Shown piece after piece: positions 1 through 12,194 of a stretch of 64,000 bases of DNA. How positions within the stretch are numbered: position 1 is the first letter of the stretch; every line of letters begins with the position of its first letter. The notes below the pieces were generated by a model. That model saw nothing but the letters and a program-made list of their open reading frames with translations. It was not told where the DNA came from and ran no database searches. The stretch is taken from positions 1 to 64,000 of the forward strand of contig MCFE01000460.1 in NCBI GenBank assembly GCA_002104905.1, given 5' to 3'. This DNA is from Basidiobolus meristosporus CBS 931.73. Taxonomy: Eukaryota > Fungi > Basidiobolomycota. Both the position numbers and the translations under genes were made by a program.

Positions 1-1790
1 CTTGGGAGCTTCCTTAGCAGATCAGAAGAACTGTGGTTGATCAAGTCACTGCTGAGCTCTGCAACTCAATGAGTTGATATATTTGAGTCTGATACCAAAG
101 CACTGATGTAACTAGCGTGCAAATGCAGTTTATTTGATCAAACTTGGACAACTCTATCAGAAGTTATGATTGATCTAAGTGGATGCCAATTTTGACTATA
201 TTACTCTCAAATAGTCAAATACTCTGGACAAATGATGTCAGGAGGTCTTTTATGCTCAAACACACTGTGGTCCTACCTGTAAGGAAGTCCAAAACCATCC
301 CACAAAAGTAGTTTCCCTTGGATCATCAGCAGAAAAAGAAAAATAAGAAAAACTGGAAATACTACTACAGCAAATTAGGGTACTTCCTAAATGAAGCCAA
401 AACCTATGTAGGCTGTATTTGGACTATCTAGCTTTGCAGATATGTTCCATGGAGCCTTGTGTACCCTGTTTCCAAGCCAGAAACCCCAGAAGAGCTTTGA
501 CACTTCAAAAGGATCTGTCAGATGCTGTAGTATATATCAGAGCAGATTATTTAATGCAGAAGTCTTGATGTCTGCTTTCTATGGATCTGAAAGAAAAAGG
601 TGCAAGAATCAACCAGATGGTTTTTATGGATTCTGAAGACACTGAGAAGATCAGTTAGCCCTGCAAATCAAGCCCAAGGTTGAACATAACTATCAGGAGA
701 ATCAGGATAATCAAAGTCCTTGTTAAGTAGAATTGTACTTCCAGAAGAGCACCAGTATCTACTCTACAAGTATACTCTGATAAGACAAAAGCAGCTGTAT
801 CAGTCCAAATCAGTAGAAGCATTCTAAAAATAGCTACCAAACAGCCAATGGTAATTTCTGATACTACACTGGGTAAATCAAGAAGCAAGTGGACTTTGAA
901 TATACAGCAAGTGAAGTCAGTCCAAAGAAAATTACTGCTACTTAAGGAAGACAAATATGACCACTCTAGATCATTTTTATGGATATAAATCACTAAATAG
1001 ATGTGGTCCAAGTGGGAGCAGGCTATCCCAGCTCAGAGTTGAGCAAAATCTTTTTTTTTTGACCATGTTTGTATTTGCCACTGTGCCAGGAAATGAGGAT
1101 ATTCTTGATCAGGCATAAATGACAAAACCTTAACTTGGGCCAATATAGGTTGTTTCTTTTACCTCATAAAGAGTCTCTATGATGGAAGTAACTGTCTCTG
1201 AGCCAAATATAGACATACGGTGAAGCTGTCTAAATGAATTAGACTTTTGCCTGGTATGGTGGTGCATAAGTCCAAGGGAGAGATACGTTCAACACTTCTC
1301 AAGTGTTTTGTGTGTGGGGTGTTCACTGGGTGTGATAACCTCTGGCAAAAGCTTGCTAGGAATACTTGGGTTCTGTCTCTAATCTAATGTGAAGGGGAAT
1401 AAAGCCACAAGCTTGTCAAGGGAAAACTATTGAGCTACAATCCCCAACTTAGTTGGCGTCTTAACAAAAGTATGTGCTGGGTTCAGCATCCTTTGAGATG
1501 ACAATGTACTAAAGCTTCCAAAGTCAAAACAACTGTAAACTCCACCAGCAGGGACTTGATAAGGATGCAGCTGTGGTCAATAGTTACAAAGACAGAAAAG
1601 TATCTTTGCCTGTGCAAGAACAAACTTGGGCAAGAATCAAATATAATAAAAGATACCTACTCTGAGTATTCCTCACAAGTAGTGCCTCCAAGGTCAGTTG
1701 GCTGTCAGTGTGGTTTCCTGGGAGTGTCCTGTGGTCTAGGGTTGGAAGTTCAGGTAGCAGCAGGTAGCAGTGGTCACACTAATTAACAAG
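1..1790 (-). mobile_element. Highly degenerate LTR-retrotransposon pol remnant, probably Ty3/gypsy RT-RNase H
   Basis: AT-rich, nearly CpG-free and riddled with stops. Minus-strand translations loosely resemble gypsy RT segments (e.g. ORF 655-1011 DHIYLVIYIHKNDLE...CCIFKV...VVSE against VYLDDILIYSK...KCxF...GHVVS). No intact catalytic motif. Confidence 0.35.
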
Positions 1791-1822
1791 TTGGTATATT
1801 GAAAAAAGGGATGATGATTCAT

Positions 1823-2325
1823 TGTTAAGGGATAGCCTCCCTTATAGACTTTTCTTACTGGCTAATTGATTACTAATCATGGTGCTCCAGAAGGTTCTGG
1901 ATATCAATAGAAATCTTAATGACATCAGAATGACCTAAGAATGTTCTAAGTAGGTGCTGGAAGGTTCTAAGAGGCACAGCACATCCAATCAATCAGGAAT
2001 CAGTATTCTGAAACCTGTGTAACATAGGGATACCATATATGGTATGGAAGTGGTAGGGATGGTGATACAGGTTGATCATGTGCCACAGGTACTGGCGCAG
2101 GTACTTACCTAATATAGAAGCACTTATAGCTGGTAATCTTACATAAAGTGAGGGATAATTTATGCAATAAGGTAAGCATGTGTGATAGTCAACTGGCTTA
2201 TGGGATAGTACTGATTGGGTAAGACAAATGTGATAAAACTAAAATAAGTGCAGTAGAGATATAGGGAAGTAGAAAATAAGGGAATGAGCACATCTGTCAG
2301 TGGGTGTCACTGTCACCCCACTACA
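1823..2325. repeat. LTR-like segment of a second, unrelated family
   Basis: Bounded by TGT (tgttaaggg at 1823) and ACA (ccactaca at 2325), with gaaggttct-type motifs. Its right end joins abruptly onto copia gag sequence at 2326. Confidence 0.4.
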
Positions 2326-5300
2326 GCGCCAATAAGAAGGAAGAAGAAAATGCTTTAATAAGCAATGATAACCAACAAAGGAGATACCCAAGACCCTGCA
2401 AAGGCAACAGCAACCTATTTTGCAACTACTGCAAAAGGAAAGGACACACATCAGACCGGTGTCTCAAAAGGAGAGATTATCAGCAAAAGAAGCCTGAATA
2501 TGGAAATGCTGCAACTACTGAAGATAGACTATTCATATCTGCACTAAATATGACCACAAACAAGGATTCTCAGATGTGGTATATAGACTCTGGAGCTTCT
2601 CAACACTTTGCTCACCAAAAAGAACTTTTTACCCAATATCAAGAAATTCCAATTAAGAAGGTTTTCATGGGTGACAATAGAACACTTGATGCAGTGGGAG
2701 AAGGAACTATCCAAGTAAACCTTAGAAGCAGTGAAGGAAGCCATACACTGACCCTTAAAGAAGTACTCTATGTACCAGAAATAGCCAAGAACCTACTTGC
2801 TGTAAGCAAGGCCACAGCAGAAGGACTCAGTTTCAGTTTTGACAATTCTGGATGCAGGATCACTGATCAAAATGGTGCCCATATTGCTTTGGGCATCAGA
2901 GATCAGAATCTATACAAGTTGACTTATATTCCATCATATTTGGAAGCCAATATAAGTGACTTGAATCAAGAAACACCAATGCTTTGGCACAGAGAATTTG
3001 GACACATCAATTTTGATTATTTGTGCCAAATGATCAAAGATCAGCTAATTTCTGGAGTGAAAATTGATCCCCCAGCTAATTTGGTGCACTGTGAAGCCTG
3101 CATATACAGGAAACAAGCCAGACAACTGTTCAAGAGCTCTGGATTAATCCAAACTAAGAAAAAATTAGATCTAATTCACTCAGATCCGTGTGGAGCTATG
3201 CAAAATTTATCCTTAGGTGGGATGAAGTATTTAATCACTTTTATTGATGATTATACAAGATACACATGGGTCTACTTCATGGAGAGAAAGGAAGAAGCTC
3301 TGTCTAAGTTCAGGGTGTTTAAAGCCATGGTGGAGAGAGAAACTGGTGAAAAAATCAAGAAAATATGCTCTGACAATGGTGGAGAATTTACCTCAAAACT
3401 CTTCATCCACTTCTGCAAAACTCATGGGATAAAGCAAGAGACTACTGTATCACACTCCCCACAGCAAAATGGAGTAGCAGAACGTGCTAACAGATCCATA
3501 ATTGATATGGCAAGATCTATGATCCCTGATCAAGAATTATCCTATGATTTTTGGGCAGAATCAGTTGCCACTGCTGTCTACCTTCAAAATAGGAGTTATA
3601 ACAGAATACTTTGTGATTCTACTCCATTTGAAGCATGGTATGGATACAGACCAAGTGCAGAACATCTAAGAATATTTGGGTGTACAGCATATGCCACAAA
3701 AATGGCCAGAAATCAGTCAAAATTTGAGCCAAAAAGTGTAAAATGCATATTTTTGGGCTACTGCAATGAGAGTAAGGCATACAGACTCTACAATACCAAA
3801 GCAAAGAAGCTTATCAAGTCCAGGGATGTGTTGTTTGATGAATATTCAAAATTTTCACAAAAAATGACATCAGATGATGACAAAGATCTGCTCTCAAGTC
3901 CACCAATTGTCAGGATTGAATCAGAGCAAAACAATGAAGATTTTTCACTCCAGAGGACTCTACAACCATGGTTCAGCCAGAATCAGTGCCCAGGAATATC
4001 CCAGAAGTGATCATTCCAGTATCAAATGCCCGGAGATCAAATCGGACAAGAAATAGCCCAAAATACTATATCAATGAGGGTACAAACTTAGCCTATGCCT
4101 ATTCAGTCCATATTGATGAACCCCAGACTGTAAAAGAGGCCCTAAATAGCCCTCAGACAAAGTTTTGGAGATCTGCAATGACTGAGGAATATCAGGCCCT
4201 GATGGAAAATCAAATTTGGGACTTAGTCAAATTACCAATCAACCAAAAATCAATTGGATGCAGATGGGTCTTCAAGACAAAATACAAGGCTGATGGTACA
4301 ATTGAAAGATACAAAGCAAGACTTGTAGCCAAAGGATACTTTCAAACAAAAGGACTTGACTATACTGAGACCTTTGCACTGGTAGCCAAGTTTAATTCCA
4401 TCAGATTAATATTGGCTATTGCAGTCAAATATAAGTTTTTTATTCATCATATGGATGTAAAACTGCATTTTTGAATGGAGAACTTGATGAGGACATGTAT
4501 ATGGACTAGCCTGATGGGTTTGTTTGCCAAGATAACTCCCATTTGGTCTGCAAGCTTAAAAAGTCACTATATGGTCTCAAACAATCACTGAGAGCCTGGA
4601 ATTGCAAGATAGATTCTTATTTGGAATCTTTGAGTTTCAAAAGAAGTAATGCTGACTATAGTATATACTATAAGCCAGATAGAGAAAATCCAATTCTATT
4701 AGCTCTATATGTGGATGATCTTATCATAGCCGCCAATAACCTAGAAACATTGGAAAAGACTAAATCCAGCCTATCTAAGGAGTTCAAGATGTCCAATCTA
4801 GGAGAACTTAGTTACTACTTAGGGATTAAGTTCTCCATACACAGAAGTACCCAGACTATCACCCTAAGCCAATCCAAGTATATTCAAGATATACTAAAGA
4901 AGTACCAAATGGAAGACTGTAAACCGGCAGCTACCCCAATGGAGACAAACCTTAACTTGGTCAAAATGCAACCAAATCAAGAGAGCTTGGTGCCATCTGA
5001 AAGCCCTGACCTTCCTTATCAATCTATGATCAGCAGTCTGATGTATATTATGCTTGGAACATGTCCAGATATCTCATATTCAGTGGGAGTTGTCAGCCAA
5101 CATAATCAGAATTATGGATCTGATCATATTGCAGCAGTTAAGCAGATTTTTAGATACCTAAAAGGAACTGCTGATATTTGCTTAAGATACACTTATAAGG
5201 ACTCAGAACAAGATCTTGTGGGATACGCTGATCCCAATTGGGGACAAAATTTAGAAGACAAAAGATCCACCACAGGATACACCTTTCTTTACTGTAAAGG

Positions 5301-6048
5301 AGCAATTTCATGGAATTCAAGAAAGCAACCAACCATAGCACTTTCCACCACAGAGGCAGAGTATATGGCAGCCTGTGAAGCTACAAAAGAAGCAATGTGG
5401 TTAAGAAAGCTCTTTACAGATTTAGGCCTATGTCAAAAAATGCCTATTACTATATTTCAGGATAATCAAGGATGTATACAATTTGGTAGAGATCCAACTT
5501 TTCATGCTAGAACCAAGCACATAGATATTAGACATCATTTCATACATGAAGCTATAGAGAATAACTTAGCTAGCTTAGTTTACTGTCCTACAGATGAAAT
5601 GATTGCAGACATATTTACCAAACCATTAGCTAGTGACAAGTTTGAATATCTTAGGTCAATATTAGGACTAGTCAGTACAAACATTTAGCTGAGTGGGAGT
5701 GTTGTAAAAATTTGTATTTCCACCTAAATATTCACCTAACTTAGTCACTTAGATCATCACCTTCAAATCCTAGAGAATACTGACCAAATTCCTTGTTGGG
5801 ATTTACTTGGAATATTTTCACCAAAATACCAGGTACCCAGAACATGAAAATTCTCAAAGTTGTCCAAACAGCCCCAAACTTTGCACACATGTTCTTGGGA
5901 CCTTTCTTAACCTATTCTACATGTTTGTAATGCCAAGACCAGGTAAAAGTATAAATACTACTTTTACATTCAATAAATCATTAAGTGAAAACCACATTAT
6001 CTACTTGTTCTCCCAGTCACTTCCAATATCTCCAAGACTCTTACAACA
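2326..6048 (+). mobile_element. Ty1/copia retrotransposon copy 1, 5'-truncated and pseudogenised (gag C-terminus, PR, IN, RT, RNase H, 3' LTR)
   Basis: Contains the CNYCKRKGHTSDRC zinc knuckle, WYIDSGASQH protease, integrase SDNGGEF/NGVAER, RT YVDDL and RNase H STTEAEY/DNQGCI, in the IN-before-RT order of copia. Frameshifts near 3950 and 4465. PPT (gctgagtgggag) precedes the LTR at 5700. Confidence 0.96.
5700..6048 (+). repeat. 3' LTR of copy 1 (349 bp)
   Basis: TGTTGTAA...TTACAACA 8-bp terminal inverted repeat, with TATAAATA and AATAAA inside. Near-identical to the LTRs at 29569 and 34258. Confidence 0.95.
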
Positions 6049-6277
6049 CCTCATCCCACAACCCCATTAGTATTAGCCAATATCTCTCAGCATCAGTATA
6101 GCCAAAAAGTATATATAGTCCTATCCCCCCTTAAGTATTCCTCAGTCTGATAAACACAGGTCTTGAATAAACAGCCTTGCCTTGGAAATCCACCTTGCCT
6201 TGTTGATTCACACCTAAGCCCTTTCCTGGTCCTGCCTTGCCTAGCTCTACTCTCCTACCTTGTGTCTATTCATAACA
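6049..6277 (+). repeat. 3' portion of an unrelated LTR
   Basis: TATATA, then AATAAA, then a pyrimidine-rich tract ending in ...cataaca, which abuts a truncated copia integrase at 6278. Confidence 0.4.
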
Positions 6278-8029
6278 TCATAGATCATAGATCTTGCATA
6301 TCAATTATTGATCTGTTAGCAAGTTCTGCTACTCCATTTTGCTGTGGGGAGTATGGTACAGTAGTCTCTTGCTTTATCCCATGAATCTTGCAGAAGTGGA
6401 TGAAGAGTTTTGAGGTATATTCTCCACCATTGTCAGAGCATATTTTCTTGATATTTTCACCAGTTTCTCTCTCCACTATGGCTTTAAACACCCTGAGCTT
6501 AGACAGAGCTTCTTCCTTTTTCTCCATGAAGTAGACCCATATGTATCTTGTATCATCAGCAATAAAAGTGATTAAATACTTCATCCCACCTAAGGATAAA
6601 TTTTGCATAGGTCCACAGATATGAGTGAACTAGATTTAATTTTTTCTTAGTTTTGATTAACCCAGATCTCTTGAACAGTTGTCTGGCTTGTTTCCCATAT
6701 ATGCAGGCTTCACAGTGCTCCAAATTAGCTGGGGGATCAATTTTTACTATAGAAATTAGCTGATCTTTGATCATTTTGCGCAAATAATCAAAATGTATGT
6801 GTCCAAATCCTCTGTGACAAAGCATTGGTGTTTCTTCATTCAAGTTACTTATATTGGCTTCCAAATATGATGGAATATAAGTCAACTTGTATAGATTCTG
6901 ATCTCTGATACTCAAAGCAATATGGGTACCATTTTGATCAGTGATCCTGCATCCAGAATTGTTAAAACTGAAGCTGAGTCCTTCTGCTGTGGCCTTGCTT
7001 GCAGATAGTAGCTTCTTGGCTATTTCTGGTACATAGAGTACTTCTGTAAAGGGCAGTGTATGACTTCCCTTACTGCTTCTTAGGCTTACTTGGGTAGTTC
7101 CTTCTCCCACTGCATCAAGTGTTCTATTGTCACCCACAAAAGCCTTCTTAATTGGAATATCCTAAACCTGTCTTTCAGGCTATTCAAGATGGTTACTATC
7201 ACATCCTCATCAGTAGTTGGTACGCTCACAGATTCCATTTCATCTACCAGCAGGGTAATTCTGTAAATTGGATTTTTCATTTCTTCTACTGGCTGCATCT
7301 TTGTAGTAAAGAGTTTTTGTCTCAGATACATTTTCTTAGCAGCTGAACATGACTGGTAGGTGTCTTTTAATGCCTTCCAGGCATTCTTTGCTGTTTTTGC
7401 TCTTGAGCATTGAATTAGCAATTTGTCCTTGACATTGAGGCAAATGCAGTTAAAGGCACTTTGTTCTTTCTTCTGGTACTTTAAGGCCTCCTCTCCTATG
7501 TTTTTAGGAGGGCATTCTTCTCCCATGACAATATCCCAAAGGCCTCTTTCTTGTAGCAGCATCTTCATCTTCACCTTCCACACTTAGTAGTAAGATCCAT
7601 CCAACTTTTGAGCAGAGGGAAAAGTTCCAGTAATAGCAGTAGTAGAGATTGCAGGGAGTGACAGCTTGGGGCTCATAGCCTGTTGTAAGAGTCTTGGAGA
7701 TATTGGAGGTGATTTGGAGGACAAGTAGCTTATGTGGTTTTCACTTAATGATTCATTGAATGTAAAAATAGTATTTGTACTTGAACATGGTCTTGGCATA
7801 AAAAACATGTAGAATAGGTTAAAAAAGGTCCCAAGAGCATGTGTGCAAAGCTTAGGGCTGCTTGGACAGCTTTGAGAATTTTCATGTTCTGGGTATCTGG
7901 TATTTTGGTGAAAATATTCTAAGTAATTCCCAACAAGGAGTTTGGTCAGTATTCTCTAGGATTTGAGGGTAATGATCTAAGTAACCAAGTTAGGTGAATA
8001 TTTAGATGGAATTACAAATTTTTACAACA
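6278..8029 (-). mobile_element. Copia copy B: 5' LTR, PBS, gag N-terminus, internal deletion, partial integrase (3'-truncated)
   Basis: LTR at 7681-8029 and PBS at 7669-7680 (GGCTATGAGCCC on minus). ORFs 7086-7583, 6556-7137 and 6285-6608 match copies 1 and 3. Gag is joined directly to pol sequence near 7160. Confidence 0.93.
7681..8029 (-). repeat. 5' LTR of copy B (349 bp)
   Basis: Reverse complement of the family LTR, with both terminal inverted repeats intact. Confidence 0.95.
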
Positions 8030-8847
8030 ACTATCACATCCTCATCAGTAGTTGGTATGCCCACAGATTCCATTTCATCTACTAGCGGGGTAATTCTGTT
8101 AATTGGATTTTTTGTTTCTTCTCCTGGCAGTATCATTGTAGTAATCAATTTTTGTCTAAGATACATTTTCTTGGCAGCTGAGTATGACTGGTAGGTGTCT
8201 TCTGATACCTTCCAGGCATTCTTTGCCATTTTTGCTCTTGAGCATTGAATTAGCAATTTGTCTGTAACATTATGGCAAATGCAGTTAAAGGCACTTTATT
8301 CTTTCTTCTGGTACTTTAAGGCTTCCTCTCCCATGTTTCTTGGAGGGCATTCATCTCCCATGACAATATCCCAAAGGCCTCTTTCTTGTAGCAGCATCTT
8401 CATCTTCACCTTCCACACTTGGTAGTTAGAGCCATCCAACTTTTCAGCAGAGTGAGAAATTCCAGTAATATTTGTAGTATACCTTGCAGAGAGGGACAGC
8501 TTGGGGCTCATAACCTGTTGTAAGAGTCTTGGAGATATTGGAAGTGATTTGGAGGACAAGTAGCTTATGTGGTTTTCACTTAATGATTTATTGAATGTAA
8601 AAGTAGTATTTGTACTTTTACATGGTCTTAGCATAACAAGCACATAGAATAGGTTTAGGAAGATCCCAAGAATATGTGTGTAAAGTCTGGGGCTGTTTGG
8701 ACAGCTTTCGGAATTTTCATGTTTTGGGTAAATATTTTAAGTGAATCCCAACAAAGAATTTGGTCTGTATTCTCTAGGATTTGAAGGTAATGATCTAAGT
8801 GACCAAGTTAGGTGAATATTTAGGTGGAAATACGAATTTTTACAACA
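8030..8847 (-). mobile_element. Copia copy C: 5' LTR, PBS and gag N-terminus, interrupted by copy B
   Basis: LTR at 8516-8847 and exact PBS at 8504-8515. Gag ORFs 8296-8643 and 8002-8256 end at the copy-B LTR boundary (8030). Confidence 0.92.
8516..8847 (-). repeat. 5' LTR of copy C (332 bp, about 17-bp internal deletion)
   Basis: Family LTR with intact termini. Confidence 0.93.
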
Positions 8848-8915
8848 GTTCTTAGTTGAAAACCACAAAATTTACTTGTTCCCCAACCACTTCTAAAATT
8901 GCCAAAACTATTACA
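8848..8915 (+). repeat. Older diverged fragment of the 3' end of the family LTR
   Basis: The sequence gaaaaccacaaaatttacttgttccccaaccacttctaaaattgccaaaactattaca aligns to the LTR end gaaaaccacattatctacttgttctcccagtcacttccaatatctccaagactcttaca. Confidence 0.55.
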
Positions 8916-11702
8916 GTGTATTGTCCACCATCTCAGATTTATCTTGTCATACTCCCCAGAGCTTATAGGTATAGAGATCATATTTGAGTCTTTATTCTTG
9001 ACAGAAACTTCACAATCCAACATCTCAGAGGGTTATAGCACCAAAATCCCAAGGTTGTCTTACTGGACTACTCCCGGACTCTAAGTTTACAAGTCAGCAC
9101 CCAACTGAATTATACAATATTTACTTCGGAAGTATGTGGGGATATATGTGTATATCATGGGATTTTAGACAGTAATTAAGAACCTATTGGCGCTTCTATA
9201 GATCACAATAATTGCGCCCATGGAATAATGGAATTAATTAGAGATATTAAGGAAATATTGATATATTTATGGTTTGGAGCTAAACTAATTATTTGCCAGG
9301 CATTACCATATCGCACACACCATCATTTCACTATATTGGTCGAGTTAACCATGCCAACATAGATGCCATGAAGTGCCGGATAGTAAATTGGATGCTAGCT
9401 TATGTGGATATTTTAGCAGTATCCAGAGGAATTGGAAACACCCTCACTTCAAGCTCAACGTAACAAGAGTATCTTGTACACTCGCAACAGAGCTTTACCA
9501 GGCAAACATAGGCTGTGCCGCACTAAAGTACCAACCTGGGCTGAGGATTCACTTCAACCGAGCAAAAACCCAGGTTTAGTCACTGATTAATATGTAAATC
9601 GGTTAAAACAGTCTGTGCTGAATAATCGGAAATTCCTTAAGCTAGCAAGAGACAACCTAGGCTGCATATAGAGCAATGAGCGCTTCAAGGCTATTTATAT
9701 TAATATTACTCTAGTGAGACGAGGGCAAACCTACAAGATTCATTTACTGGGCAGTTATAGGGCGATGGTGAATTATACTTCGAACCTGCGCGGATACCTT
9801 ATTAAATCATTGATCAATATGTAGCGTTATTGGATTGAACATTGGTCACTCTTTTATCGAGAGGAATCCTATGAAGCAAATCGAATGCTTCATCATTGTA
9901 GCAACCCCACTCGGCGGCAGCATAGTGGTGATTCCAAAGTGGTAATGATCCAACTGGGATACGATGGTATATATCTACGACGCAAATGCTTGATGAAACT
10001 TCGGCTTTTGGGGCTGCATCGGACGACTCTGTAGGCGCCCAAATCCCCTCGCCTACAGCTCAGCCGCACCAACTGATGTTGACGAAACCCTCTGACAAGT
10101 ATACGTTGAAGGATTTCAGCAGCGCGACGGCAGGCATGATTGAATGAGGTATGCAGAATGTCTTGGTGATGCCATGAGAAACACCACCAAGAGGCATCTG
10201 GTTTCTGGTAAACAGATGATCCGATGTCTGGGAAAACGCTGTGATGCGTATGATCGGATCAGCATTGCAGAAACCTTCAGATGCAGCAGGGACGAGAATC
10301 ATCTGAACACAATACTAACGCAGCACATACGATTCGGTGACTCGTTGCACAACGGGTGGTCGGAAATCACAAAAGCGCTTTCCCATCTAGAATGGCCATT
10401 TGTTGCGAGCACTCCAGCCACTCGCCGGGAAACACTGGTTAGCACGACAATGAAGAAACCACCGGATGACAAGCCGGGCATTGACTTGGCCACACAGGAG
10501 CCCACCAATGCATTCATTTCAGAAGCTTCAAGGCTTCAGCCACATGAGCTGCGCGCATGATCTCCGTCATTCCAGATAAGCGCCCTTGAAGTACCCGAGC
10601 ACAGAAGCCTTCTGGCCGACCTGGATCACATATTGGAAACCGAGTGAGAGTTTCCTAGCATCGGTTGAGGCGTGGTTAAATCTTTCCTCTTCTGGGCATC
10701 TGTATGCCCTATTATGGCTGGCGAAAACGGATGGCCACCGCTGCCCTGTGTTCTGTCGCCGGAGCTTCGCACAGAGGCTGCATTGCTTCATGGAGTATCG
10801 CGCGCCGCGAGGCCATTGGTCCAAGTTTGCCATGATGTTGGCCAGGGGGATGCTGGAATGCTTGGAAGTGCGTTGCACCGGAACACAAGCAGGGTGATGC
10901 ATGGTGGAACCTCCGAAAACCTTCTTCACCCATTCCTCGACCGCTTGTCCGATCTACCAATCCAGTGGTGGTTGGTGTCTTCGAGGGCTTGGTTTCCGAT
11001 ATTGGCGCATCCCCATCGATATCGCTCAATTAAAGTTAAACCAGAATTTTCATTAAGCTACTCAAAGCTTATCACGGTTCCAGTGTGTAACGGTTCTTTG
11101 GAAGCCCGCAACACTCCGCGAAGTGTTAATGATGATTAAAGTCGCCAACCCGCCGCCCATTGGCCCGAGAGATGGGGAATAAGGGAGCCTGTTCAACAAG
11201 CCTAGCCAATCCCCGCGGAATCAGGTTGTCGGCAGCAGAATATAGCAACCCAGCAACTCTGCTAGGCAAAATGATGCAGGAATAATCCAAGTTATATTAA
11301 AATCCCGGGCCAAGAATGGTGATATTGGATAGATCGGTACAATAAAGATCCTCTACAAAGAAAGCAAATCAGCAAAGCCGGCACCAACAAATCTGGTGGC
11401 CAGAATCCCTTTTGGCAAATCATGTAGATTCCAATGAATTTCAATCGGCTTCCTTATTCCTAGGCGCCATTTCTATGGATAGGCTGCTGCTGCTTGTGCA
11501 AGGGATCACAAGCCCAGGCATATTTCGGGCAATCCACCAATCGCTGGCTCGGTGCGAGGGGGGTCAGATTTTGGTATTTGTTGGGCCCTCCGGCTCTTGC
11601 TCAGCATATAACTCTCGACTTGCTCGCCTTTGTGTTTGGCTTTATCAGTGTATATTCCTCGACAACTCTCCTAATCACCGACTTCTTTCGAAACCTAGTA
11701 TA

Positions 11703-12194
11703 ATGGCTGATATTTCTCCCTTCTGCCCTGTTTATGCTCCTTTCTTCGGCTCCATGGGCTGTGCCGCCGCCATCGTTTTTGCTTCCTTTGGCGCTGCCTA
11801 CGGAACTGCCAAGTCCGGTGTGGGTCTCTCTGCCATGGGTGTCCTTCGTCCTGATCTAGTCATGAGAGCCATTGTTCCAGTGGTCATGGCTGGTATTATT
11901 GCTATCTACGGACTTGTCGTGTCTGTATTAGTATCCTCTGGTCTTACTTACAAGATGTCCCTGTTCTCCGGATTCATCCAGCTCGGCGCTGGTCTCTCTG
12001 TTGGTCTCTCCGGCCTTGCCGCCGGCTTTGCTATCGGTATTGTTGGTGACGCAGGTGTACGTTCCATTGCCCAGCAGCCTCGCTTGTTCGTCGGTATGAT
12101 CTTGATTCTCATTTTCGCCGAAGTCTTGGGTCTCTACGGCCTTATCGTCGGTCTTATCTTGAACACCAAGGCTGACAGCACAATGTGCACCTAA
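11703..12194 (+). CDS. VMA3: V-type H+-ATPase proteolipid subunit c (163 aa, intronless)
   Basis: [20 protein letters not shown]...[10 protein letters not shown]...[16 protein letters not shown], with four TM helices and the conserved proton-binding Glu. The ATG is at 11703; the longer computed ORF starts at a non-ATG codon. Confidence 0.97.
   Translation: MADISPFCPVYAPFFGSMGCAAAIVFASFGAAYGTAKSGVGLSAMGVLRPDLVMRAIVPVVMAGIIAIYGLVVSVLVSSGLTYKMSLFSGFIQLGAGLSVGLSGLAAGFAIGIVGDAGVRSIAQQPRLFVGMILILIFAEVLGLYGLIVGLILNTKADSTMCT

Noticed and set aside
3950-4010. Overlap of ORFs 2304-4010 and 3968-4474 as a programmed frameshift
   Set aside because: Copy 3 is in frame across the same point (EKFFTPEDSTTMVQ), so it is a 1-bp deletion specific to copy 1.
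11412-11702. 97-codon N-terminal extension of the VMA3 ORF
   Set aside because: It begins at a non-ATG codon and is not protein-like. The conserved protein starts at ATG 11703.
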